Below, in pieces: positions 1 to 7,262 of a DNA stretch of 24,936 nucleotides. How positions within the stretch are numbered: the stretch's first letter is position 1; each line of letters opens with the position of its first letter. Origin of the DNA: a virus (Duplodnaviria > Caudoviricetes); the IMG/VR virus record IMGVR_UViG_3300021971_000016, positions 1 through 24,936 of that record, one strand, 5' to 3'. Below the pieces are notes generated by a model. It was not told the DNA's origin, did no database searches, and saw nothing but the letters and a program-made list of their open reading frames with translations. Position numbers and translations under genes: made by a program.

Positions 1-4
1 AAGT

Positions 5-82
5 AGTGTGGCGAGTCTTTAAGTAGGCTTAGTTCTCTAAGCAGGACGGGTAAGGACGTGGGTTCGAATCCCACTCACACTA
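5..82 (+). ncRNA. Degenerate tRNA / tRNA-like element (possibly Leu-derived, 6-nt anticodon loop)
   Basis: Acceptor stem AGTGTGG(5-11)/TCACACT(75-81), discriminator A82. Perfect T-arm GTGGG-TTCGAAT-CCCAC (58-74). Possible D-stem AGTC/GGCT without the GG motif. Anticodon-like stem GTTCT(32-36)/AGGAC(43-47) has only a 6-nt loop, CTAAGC. 10-nt variable region; no encoded CCA. Confidence 0.6.
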
Positions 83-114
83 TATTAAAACTGATCGCGT
101 GCTTGCACGCCACT

Positions 115-149
115 AGCTGGTAGACATTAGTCTATCGACTTTTTATTTT
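115..149 (+). terminator. Intrinsic terminator-like hairpin downstream of the tRNA-like element
   Basis: GGTAGAC-ATTA-GTCTATC stem-loop (119-136) followed by TTTTTATTTT. A second hairpin GCGTG-CTTG-CACGC (97-110) precedes it. Confidence 0.5.
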
Positions 150-162
150 GGAGGAAAAGAAT

Positions 163-426
163 ATGAATGAGCAAGAATTTACTAAAGTGTGTAAAGAAAA
201 GGTAGTTGAATACGCAAATAAACATCTAGATAAGACTGACAATGCTTCTATCGATGAATCTAATGTTTATATTGTTTGGCAATGTAAGACGCTTCAAAAT
301 AACAAGGCTTTGCTATCAACTACATTAACCGATGGAATGTATTATGAGGCTACTTACAACGGTGACAAGAAGGAATTATATCTTGATGCCTACAAGAAAT
401 TTGATAATATTGAATATGATTTTTAG
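163..426 (+). CDS. Small phage protein resembling the DUF6275 family
   Basis: SD GGAGG at 150-154 favours ATG 163 over TTG 148. Motif VYIVWQCKTLQNNKALLST...DGMYYEATYNGDKKELYLDAYKK resembles DUF6275 (from recall). Confidence 0.8.
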   Translation: MNEQEFTKVCKEKVVEYANKHLDKTDNASIDESNVYIVWQCKTLQNNKALLSTTLTDGMYYEATYNGDKKELYLDAYKKFDNIEYDF

Positions 427-438
427 CTAGAGGAAAAG

Positions 439-535
439 AATGTGACGTTCAGTATATAGATACATGCGGTTACTCTACCGATTAAAAAAGGAGCATTTTA
501 GGCAGGGTCGCCTATTTAAAAAAGGCCCGCACATT
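439..535 (+). ncRNA. Structured RNA: two tandem H-type pseudoknots enclosed by a closing stem
   Basis: Closing stem AATGTG(439-444)/CACATT(530-535). PK1: S1 CGGT/ACCG, loop CTCT pairs with GGAG(490-493). PK2: S1 TAGGC/GCCTA, loop GGGTC pairs with GGCCC(524-528). Both have a 6-nt loop and a 9-nt WTTAAAAAA linker. Confidence 0.6.
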
Positions 536-579
536 TGGTTTAACCCTCAATAACCAGTTATGATAAAGCTGGTTATATC

Positions 580-723
580 ATGTGGAGGTATGGCTACTGC
601 TAAGCAAAGTTTTTTCGTTAATCCCAACTTGTTGCACAACAATTGCAGACATTCCTTTAATTTATTTCAAATACTAATTCCTTTTAAGACTTAGTAATTC
701 GGTTCGATTCCGGATATCCACAT
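580..723 (+). ncRNA. tRNA-like scaffold RNA with a large internal loop
   Basis: Acceptor-like stem ATGTGGAGG(580-588)/TATCCACAT(715-723) with one mismatch. T-arm TTCGG-TTCGATT-CCGGA (698-714). Helix TGCTAAG(598-604)/CTTAGTA(690-696) closes an ~85-nt A/U-rich loop. Confidence 0.6.
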
Positions 724-732
724 TTTTTTATT

Positions 733-805
733 AGTTTGATAGCTCAATAGGTTAGAGCACTCATCTTATAAGTGAGAGACGTAGGTTCAAGTCCTAACCA
801 AACTA
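733..805 (+). tRNA. tRNA-Ile(UAU)
   Basis: Cloverleaf: acceptor AGTTTGA/CCAAACT, D-arm GCTC-AATAGGTTA-GAGC, anticodon arm CTCAT-CTTATAA-GTGAG (anticodon TAT at 767-769), T-arm GTAGG-TTCAAGT-CCTAA, discriminator A805. Two mismatches at the acceptor/T junction; no encoded CCA. Confidence 0.88.
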
Positions 806-812
806 TTTATTC

Positions 813-846
813 GAGATCAGTTAATTATAACTGGTCTTTTTGTTTT
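813..846 (+). terminator. Rho-independent terminator after the RNA cluster
   Basis: GAGATCAGTT-AATTAT-AACTGGTCTT stem-loop followed by TTTGTTTT. Confidence 0.7.
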
Positions 847-858
847 GGAGGCGAGCAT

Positions 859-1005
859 ATGTACAAATATATATTAGATAACTTTTTAAAAATGGCTAAA
901 GATGAACGATATTTCAGTAAATATGTAAACAAAGATATGCAATCCATGAAGAAAGATCACGATAAGTTGAAACAAGATAATGAACGGTGGTTTAGCAAAT
1001 TATGA
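859..1005 (+). CDS. Small hypothetical phage protein (48 aa)
   Basis: SD GGAGG at 847-851, ATG 859. The longer ORF-track start at 772 lies inside the tRNA and is unlikely. Confidence 0.65.
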   Translation: MYKYILDNFLKMAKDERYFSKYVNKDMQSMKKDHDKLKQDNERWFSKL

Positions 1006-1130
1006 AAATGATTCACACATCATGCGGTTATATGACTTCAATGGAAGCTAAGATAATTGGTGACGTTGCTAGAGATGAAAAGAAGCAAAAAAAGAAGCAC
1101 CTTAATAAAACTAAACCAGTTAGAAAGTAG
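1002..1130 (+). CDS. Small basic hypothetical protein (42 aa, MKMIHTSCGYMTSMEAKIIGDVARDEKKQKKK...)
   Basis: ATGA overlap with the stop of the previous ORF (translational coupling); open to TAG 1128-1130. Not in the supplied ORF track. Confidence 0.6.
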   Translation: MKMIHTSCGYMTSMEAKIIGDVARDEKKQKKKHLNKTKPVRK

Positions 1131-1162
1131 GCAATTAATTTGAAAGGAGGGGCGCTGATGTT

Positions 1163-1648
1163 ATGGCAAAAGCTAAGTATAAAGAATGGCTAGAGCCGGA
1201 AGGCTTACTGTTAATCAAAGGGTGGAAAAATAACGGCTTAACTGATGAACAGATTGCAGATAATATTGGCGTCAGTCATAGAACTTTTGAACGTTGGAAA
1301 TCAGAACATAGTCAGATAAGACAGGTAATAAAAAGAGGCAAGGAGCACGCCAATTATGCCGTAGAAAATGCACTGCTTAAAAAGGCATTATCAGGTAACA
1401 CAACGGCAATGATATTCTGGCTCAAAAACAATTACCGTGAGAAGTATTCAGATAGTCAAAAGACACCACTTGAAGAACAACTCACTAAAGAACAAATTAG
1501 GCGTGCTAAGGCTGATGCTGATGTTGCTCAAGCTAAAGCTGACATATTTACAGGTAATAATGGAAGTAACGAAAATACAATTATTATAGATGACATTGGA
1601 GATGATGATGACGGCAGCGAAAGCAACGACAAGCAAGACAATAATTAA
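1163..1648 (+). CDS. terS: Terminase small subunit (HTH)
   Basis: SD AAAGGAGG; HTH LTDEQIADNIGVSHRTFERWK; TAMIFWLKN motif; C-terminal IIIDDI; directly upstream of terL. Confidence 0.9.
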   Translation: MAKAKYKEWLEPEGLLLIKGWKNNGLTDEQIADNIGVSHRTFERWKSEHSQIRQVIKRGKEHANYAVENALLKKALSGNTTAMIFWLKNNYREKYSDSQKTPLEEQLTKEQIRRAKADADVAQAKADIFTGNNGSNENTIIIDDIGDDDDGSESNDKQDNN

Positions 1649-2945
1649 AATGTCAGACTTGGTAAATCCACATTTCAGAAATATGTGGACAACTAACAAG
1701 CCATACATTATCGCAAAGGGCGGACGTGGTTCGTTCAAGTCATCAACTATCAGTCTTAAAGTTGTAACCATGATGAAAAAGCAAATACAAGCTGGACATG
1801 TTGCTAATGTTATTTGTGTTCGTGAAAATTCTGTTAACTTGCGTGATTCGATATATAGACAAATTCAGTGGGCTATCGATATGCTGAACATGACGAACGA
1901 GTTTACTTATCAAGTATCGCCAATGCGCATCATCAATAGACGAACGGGTAGTGCTTTTTATTTTTATGGAGGTAACAATCCCGAACGTTTGAAGTCTAAT
2001 ACGCTACAAAATGTAATAGCACTTTGGTACGAAGAAGCTACTAATTTTGATTCCGATGAAGTATTCGATCAAGCTAACCCCACGTTTATTCGTCAAAAGT
2101 CGCCTTATGTTAATCAAGTGAAAGTCTTTTATTCTTACAATCCGCCTCGTAATCCGTATGATTGGATCAACGAATGGCTAGAACGTTGTAAGCAAGATCC
2201 AGATTATTATATTGATAGTTCTACATATTTGGACGACGAGTTAGGAATAACAACACCACAACAGTTACGATTGATCGAGAGATATAAGGAAAACGATCTA
2301 GATTACTATAAGTGGTTATATCTCGGACAAGTTATAGGATTAGGCGACAACATTTACAATATGAGCCTATTCCATTCTTTGAAAGAAATACCCGATGATG
2401 ACGAATTAATGAACATATATTTTTCAGTCGATAGTGGACACGAAACATCAGCGACAACAGAAGGTTGCTATGGTATCACTGAAAAGGGCAAAGCAATTTT
2501 GCTTGACACTTATTATTATTCACCAGCTCACAAAGCTAACAAAAAAGCGCCCAGTGACCTTGTCAAAGACTTATATGAGTTTGAGCAAAGGAACATAGAG
2601 CGTTGGGACTTAGATCCTTATAAGCGTTCTGCTGATAGCGCCACGGCTGATTATGCGTTAGATAATGAGTTTTACAAAGATTATGGTGTTCAATGGCATC
2701 ATGTAAATAAAACTAAAAAAGTACAAATGATTGACCATGTGCAAGATTTATTAGCGCAAGGTCGATTCTATTATCTAGATACAGAGAACAATAAAATTTT
2801 TATTGAGGAACATAGGCAATACCGTTGGGACGAAGACACGGTAGAGTCCGACAATCCAAAAGTTATCAAGGTTAAAGATCACACATGCGATGCACTACAG
2901 TACTTCGTACTCGATAATCAACGTGACCTTGATTTGAAATGGTAG
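1608..2945 (+). CDS. terL: Terminase large subunit, PBSX family
   Basis: Walker A AKGGRGSFKS, Walker B LWYEEA, coupling motif SYNP, nuclease motif DHTCDALQY. Start ambiguous (ATG 1590/1602/1605/1608); GGAG at 1598-1601 favours 1608. Confidence 0.95.
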   Translation: MTAAKATTSKTIIKMSDLVNPHFRNMWTTNKPYIIAKGGRGSFKSSTISLKVVTMMKKQIQAGHVANVICVRENSVNLRDSIYRQIQWAIDMLNMTNEFTYQVSPMRIINRRTGSAFYFYGGNNPERLKSNTLQNVIALWYEEATNFDSDEVFDQANPTFIRQKSPYVNQVKVFYSYNPPRNPYDWINEWLERCKQDPDYYIDSSTYLDDELGITTPQQLRLIERYKENDLDYYKWLYLGQVIGLGDNIYNMSLFHSLKEIPDDDELMNIYFSVDSGHETSATTEGCYGITEKGKAILLDTYYYSPAHKANKKAPSDLVKDLYEFEQRNIERWDLDPYKRSADSATADYALDNEFYKDYGVQWHHVNKTKKVQMIDHVQDLLAQGRFYYLDTENNKIFIEEHRQYRWDEDTVESDNPKVIKVKDHTCDALQYFVLDNQRDLDLKW

Positions 2946-2954
2946 GTGAATGAA

Positions 2955-4493
2955 TTGAACCTAATCACATCACTAAAAAGAATATTTCAGAAAGGACAGG
3001 TAGTAATGGGAGAGCGTAAATCTTTAAGCCAGATTACTGACGATAGCCGTATTAATATTGACGAACACGAATACGAGCGAATCCGCAGAGATTTTAGATA
3101 TTATCGAAACATTTATCCCGCAAAACATTACATAGATGTTAATGGTGTTAGACGTAAACGTGATTACAATACAATCAATCTAACTAAGCGAGCTTCCCAA
3201 AGAATCGCTTCAATCGTCTTTAATGAACAATGTGAAATTGATTTTGAAGATAAGATTGTTAACGATTTTCTTAATCAAGTTTTGGAAGACAACGACTTTA
3301 AAAACCAGTTTGAAATGAACCTAGAAAAGGGAGTTGTTGCTGGAGGTTTTGCTATGCGTCCATATGTGGACAATGACAAAATTAAGATTGCTTGGGTTCG
3401 TGCTGATCAATTCTATCCATTGCGATCAAATACTAATTCAATTAGTGAAGCGGCAATCGCAAGTAGAACATCACAAGTAGAGAACAATCAAACAGCATAT
3501 TACACATTGCTAGAGTTTCATCAGTGGAACAATGGAAATTATGTTATTACCAATGAATTATATCGTTCAACACAGCCAGATATTATCGGTATGCAAGTCA
3601 ATTTAAGCGAATTGTACCCAGACATTGAACCAGAAGTTATTGTCAACGGCGATGGAATGATTAGGCCACTATTCAGTTATTTCAGAATGCCTGGAGCTAA
3701 TAACATTAGTCTTGAAAGTCCATTAGGTATTGGGATTGTGGACAATAGCAAGTCAACATTGGATAACTTAAATCTTACGCATGATAGTTTCATGTGGGAG
3801 ATTAGAAACGGTAAGAGAACCGTGGCAGTCCCAGAGTCGATGTTAAGATTCGACACACGAAACCATAGACCGATGTTCGATACTGATACCGATGTATATC
3901 TCAAAATGCAATCACAGAACGATGATGTTGATATTAAGGACTTAACGAACGACATTCGAGTTCAACAGTTTACAGATTCGATGAATGCTTGGCTGCGAGA
4001 GTTTGAAGGTAACATTGGTGTGGCAGAAGGTACTTTCAGTTATAACCCTAATAGTGGAATACAAACGGCAACAGAAGTTGTGAGTGAGAACAGTGCGACT
4101 TATCAAACTCGTTCAAGCATATTGACCAACGTCACAGCTTGCATTAAACAGCTTTGTCAATCAATCCTAGAAATAGCAAGCGTCCCAGAGTTTTTCAGTG
4201 ACAGCAAAGCTAGATTCTCTATTGGAGATACATCTTTGAAAGATTTGAATGACATCGGTATCAATGTTCATTACGATGATGGAGTTTTCGTTGATAAAGA
4301 CAAACAAATGGACGAAGACTTAAAGAATGTCGTTGCTGGTGTACTTTCTAAAGTCACATTCTTACAACGTAACTATGGAATGTCTAAGACGGGTGCATTA
4401 CAAGAGTTGCAGAACATTCAAAGTGAAGCTCCAGATCCAGAAACACCGAGCGGAGCAGAAACAACTTTGTTTGGAGGTGGTGAGGGTGATTGA
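2955..4493 (+). CDS. Portal protein (SPP1 gp6 / A118-like)
   Basis: ~510 aa after terL; motifs ADQFYPL, YYTLLEFH, SPLGIGI, TATEVVS. Start TTG 2955 (SD AGGTGA) or GTG 2946. Confidence 0.92.
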   Translation: MNLITSLKRIFQKGQVVMGERKSLSQITDDSRINIDEHEYERIRRDFRYYRNIYPAKHYIDVNGVRRKRDYNTINLTKRASQRIASIVFNEQCEIDFEDKIVNDFLNQVLEDNDFKNQFEMNLEKGVVAGGFAMRPYVDNDKIKIAWVRADQFYPLRSNTNSISEAAIASRTSQVENNQTAYYTLLEFHQWNNGNYVITNELYRSTQPDIIGMQVNLSELYPDIEPEVIVNGDGMIRPLFSYFRMPGANNISLESPLGIGIVDNSKSTLDNLNLTHDSFMWEIRNGKRTVAVPESMLRFDTRNHRPMFDTDTDVYLKMQSQNDDVDIKDLTNDIRVQQFTDSMNAWLREFEGNIGVAEGTFSYNPNSGIQTATEVVSENSATYQTRSSILTNVTACIKQLCQSILEIASVPEFFSDSKARFSIGDTSLKDLNDIGINVHYDDGVFVDKDKQMDEDLKNVVAGVLSKVTFLQRNYGMSKTGALQELQNIQSEAPDPETPSGAETTLFGGGEGD

Positions 4494-5626
4494 TTACTGA
4501 AAACGATATGCAAAATAAAGCGGACAGTATCGCAAGCCTTTATTCAAACTTGCAAAATGAAATATTTAATAGAATTATTTTCTATTTGAAAGATTCAAAT
4601 TATAAGAACGTTGGTAAAGATAATGTCTTAATGTGGCAGACGGAGCAGTTATCTAAAATGGGTATGCTGACAAATGATGTGATTAAAATGCTGTCACAAG
4701 TCACGGGAGTAGCCGAGAAAGACATCAAACAAATGGTTATCAATAGTGGCTTACAAGTACAAGGTGAAATGAGTTCTCAATTAGTGGAATTAACACATAA
4801 GTCTAATGTCACTCCTAATAACCATATGTTGCTTAACGGAATATTGCAGCAGACTTATTCAAATATGAACAACGTTGTTAATCAATCACTAATAAGCCGT
4901 AACGTGACAAGTAATCAAGCCTTGAGAACATATCAAGATATTGTTAATAAGTCTACCGTCGAAACGATTACAGGCCTTAAAACGCACGAACAAGCTGTAT
5001 TTGATAATGTAGTTAAGTGGATCAATTCGGGGATCAAGACGAACCTAGTTGATAAGGGCGGACATAATTGGTCGCTGGAAGGTTATAGTCGCATGGTTAT
5101 TAATTCAACGGCACATAATACTTTTAATCAAGTTCGATTAAGTACCATGAGCGAATATGATGTAAAGCTGGCAACAATGAGCAGTCACGCTGCTGCACGT
5201 CCTGCTTGTGCGCCAATTCAAGGTAAGATTGTTAATCTAGTCCCAGAATCGGATATAAATTACGATTCAAGATATGACAGTATATATAACCATGATTATG
5301 GCAAGGCTAGTGGAACACAAGGTGCTAATTGTCGTCATGAATTGTTCCCGTATATTGAGGGTGTAAGCACTAATCCGTTTCATCACCCTAATACGAATGA
5401 AGCTATTAAAAACGGAGAGATTCAGCAACAACAAAGAGCCTTAGAAAGACGCGTCCGCAAAGATAAGCAATTATTAGCGGCTGCCAAAGAGCTTAACAAC
5501 GAAGAAGGAATTGCACGTTACAAGAGCAATCTTAATAACCACCGTTCCCAGATTCGTGACATAGTAAACAACAACGACTTTCTGTATCGGGATTATAGCC
5601 GAGAGAAAGTCATCATTAAGCATTAA
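4490..5626 (+). CDS. Minor capsid protein (phage_min_cap2-like)
   Basis: Follows the portal; SSHAAARPACAPIQGK and GANCRH motifs; QQQQRALERRVR helix. Confidence 0.88.
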   Translation: MITENDMQNKADSIASLYSNLQNEIFNRIIFYLKDSNYKNVGKDNVLMWQTEQLSKMGMLTNDVIKMLSQVTGVAEKDIKQMVINSGLQVQGEMSSQLVELTHKSNVTPNNHMLLNGILQQTYSNMNNVVNQSLISRNVTSNQALRTYQDIVNKSTVETITGLKTHEQAVFDNVVKWINSGIKTNLVDKGGHNWSLEGYSRMVINSTAHNTFNQVRLSTMSEYDVKLATMSSHAAARPACAPIQGKIVNLVPESDINYDSRYDSIYNHDYGKASGTQGANCRHELFPYIEGVSTNPFHHPNTNEAIKNGEIQQQQRALERRVRKDKQLLAAAKELNNEEGIARYKSNLNNHRSQIRDIVNNNDFLYRDYSREKVIIKH

Positions 5627-5661
5627 TTATTGTCCCGAATATGACATTAAACTTTTCGTTG

Positions 5662-5693
5662 AGTTTTAGACAAAATGTCTGAAACTATTTTTT
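5662..5693 (+). terminator. Terminator-like hairpin between minor capsid and scaffold genes
   Basis: AGTTTTAGACA-AAA-TGTCTGAAACT (11 bp) followed by ATTTTTT. Confidence 0.6.
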
Positions 5694-5708
5694 ATGCAAA
5701 CAATCTGT

Positions 5709-5743
5709 CGCGGACGTTACCGCGTAACAAATAATGTCAGGAG
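5709..5743 (+). promoter_or_regulatory. 5'-UTR pseudoknot abutting the scaffold-gene RBS
   Basis: S1 CGCGG/CCGCG; loop ACGTTA pairs with TAATGT(5732-5737), ending 1 nt before SD AGGAG(5739-5743). Confidence 0.6.
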
Positions 5744-5753
5744 AAATAAGCAT

Positions 5754-6326
5754 ATGGAACGTAAGCAATTGAAAGATTTAGGATTATCAGACGATCAAAT
5801 TACTGGAGTAATGAAGGTCTACAATAGCGACATTGATCCGTTGAAGACTAGCGTAGCAACTCTTACTAGCGAACGAGATTCATATAAGCAAGGCGTTAGT
5901 GATAGAGATGCACAATTGAAGGACTTGAAAGAGAAGTCTGGAGATAATGACGAGTTAAAGAAACAAATTGCTGATCTTCAAAAGTCCAATAAAGAATCGG
6001 CTGAAAAGTACCAAGACGACCTTACGAACGTCAAAAAGGATAGCGCCATTAAACTTGCGTTAAGAGATAGTAAAGCCAAAGATTCAGACATTGTTTTAAA
6101 GAGTTTGGATCTAGACAACATCAAGCTAGGCGATGACGGCAAGCTGACCGGTCTAGACGAACAAATTAAGGGCTTGAAAGAAAGTCACGACTATTTATTC
6201 GACAGTGAAACACCAAAGCCTAATAAACCGATTAACGCATTCGCTGGTGGAAATCCTAATGGCAATCAAGAGGACGGCAAAGATTCAATAGTAAAACGTA
6301 TTGCTGACAGAATGTCGGCAAAATAA
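5754..6326 (+). CDS. Capsid scaffolding protein (Phage_GP20 family)
   Basis: SD AGGAG, ATG 5754; MERKQLKDLGLSDDQI N-terminus, coiled coil, GLDEQIKGLKESHDYLF motif; upstream of the major capsid gene. Confidence 0.9.
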   Translation: MERKQLKDLGLSDDQITGVMKVYNSDIDPLKTSVATLTSERDSYKQGVSDRDAQLKDLKEKSGDNDELKKQIADLQKSNKESAEKYQDDLTNVKKDSAIKLALRDSKAKDSDIVLKSLDLDNIKLGDDGKLTGLDEQIKGLKESHDYLFDSETPKPNKPINAFAGGNPNGNQEDGKDSIVKRIADRMSAK

Positions 6327-6348
6327 AATACACAGGAGATTTTAAAAT

Positions 6349-7236
6349 ATGGCAATCGTATTGGATTCAAAAGACATGGCAACAATTGATGAAAAGTATC
6401 AAGCGGAGTCACAAGTTTGGCAACCACTTACAGCTGGAGCAAAAGGAGTTACAGCTTCTGATTTTGTTGGAGCACATGAAGTAAGAATTAACAAAATGGA
6501 CGGATTTGTTCAAGCACAAGCATATAAGCGTAATCAAGACAATACACGTTCACAAATTAATGTCAGCAAAGAAACAATTTCATTAAAGAATGAAGATTGG
6601 TTTGCTTATGACTTGGACGAACTAGATATGGACGAAAACGGTGCTTATGACGTTGCTAACATCGTTGAAGAACACAATCGTCTAGTTACTATTCCACATC
6701 GTGATAAAGTGGCAATGCAAGCCTTGTATGACAATGCTGGTCAAAAAGTTACTGACACAATCGACGCTAAGAACGTTCTCGATGCTTATGATGCTGCCGA
6801 AGCATACATGCTAGATAATCAAGTACCTGGTGGATATGTGCTATTCGCCTCAAGTGCTTTCTATACAGCATTAAAGAATGCTGCTGGTGTTTCACGTTCA
6901 TTTTCAGTTAATTCAATGGGTATCCAAGGAATTAATCGTACAGTCGCACAACTTGACGGTAGTGTTCCAATCTTGAAAGTTGCTAAAGATCGTCTAGCTG
7001 GTACATCAATCAGTGGCACAGTTCAATTTGCTTTAGCACCTTTGACAGCAGTTGCACCAATCGTTAAGTATGACAACGTTTCTGTAATTGACCCTTCAAC
7101 TGACCGTAATGGTAATCGCTACACAATTAAGGGACTTTCATATTACGATGCTATCGTATTGGATAATGCCAAAGCTGGTATCTATGTCAGTGCCGTTCCT
7201 GCTTCATCAACTGGTTCTGGAAGCACTGGTAAATAG
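6349..7236 (+). CDS. Major capsid protein
   Basis: 295 aa after the scaffold, strong SD AGGAG, C-terminal YYDAIVLDN; synteny. Confidence 0.9.
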   Translation: MAIVLDSKDMATIDEKYQAESQVWQPLTAGAKGVTASDFVGAHEVRINKMDGFVQAQAYKRNQDNTRSQINVSKETISLKNEDWFAYDLDELDMDENGAYDVANIVEEHNRLVTIPHRDKVAMQALYDNAGQKVTDTIDAKNVLDAYDAAEAYMLDNQVPGGYVLFASSAFYTALKNAAGVSRSFSVNSMGIQGINRTVAQLDGSVPILKVAKDRLAGTSISGTVQFALAPLTAVAPIVKYDNVSVIDPSTDRNGNRYTIKGLSYYDAIVLDNAKAGIYVSAVPASSTGSGSTGK

Positions 7237-7262
7237 TCAGCACTTAACAGGGGGCTTGACAA

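Noticed and set aside
30-46. Amber suppressor tRNA (CT-CTA-AG at 35-41)
   Set aside because: The flanks do not form an anticodon stem in that register.
467-528. Tandem preQ1-I riboswitch aptamers
   Set aside because: The A-rich tail is similar, but the loops are only 6 nt and almost fully paired, lack the ligand-binding loop consensus, and no queuosine gene follows.
580-723. Miniature tmRNA (a frame GCA GAC ... TAA, ADIPLIYFKY, lies at 645-677)
   Set aside because: No G3:U70 alanine identity pair, no pseudoknot before the putative resume codon, no encoded CCA, and the peptide lacks an ssrA-like C-terminus; probably chance.
427-730. GOLLD or ROOL giant ncRNA
   Set aside because: Only ~300 nt of non-coding space, explained by small independent modules; too short for these ~600-800 nt RNAs. 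An Rfam scan would settle it.
772-858. 5' extension of the ORF at 772-1005
   Set aside because: It overlaps the tRNA and terminator; the real start is ATG 859 with an SD.
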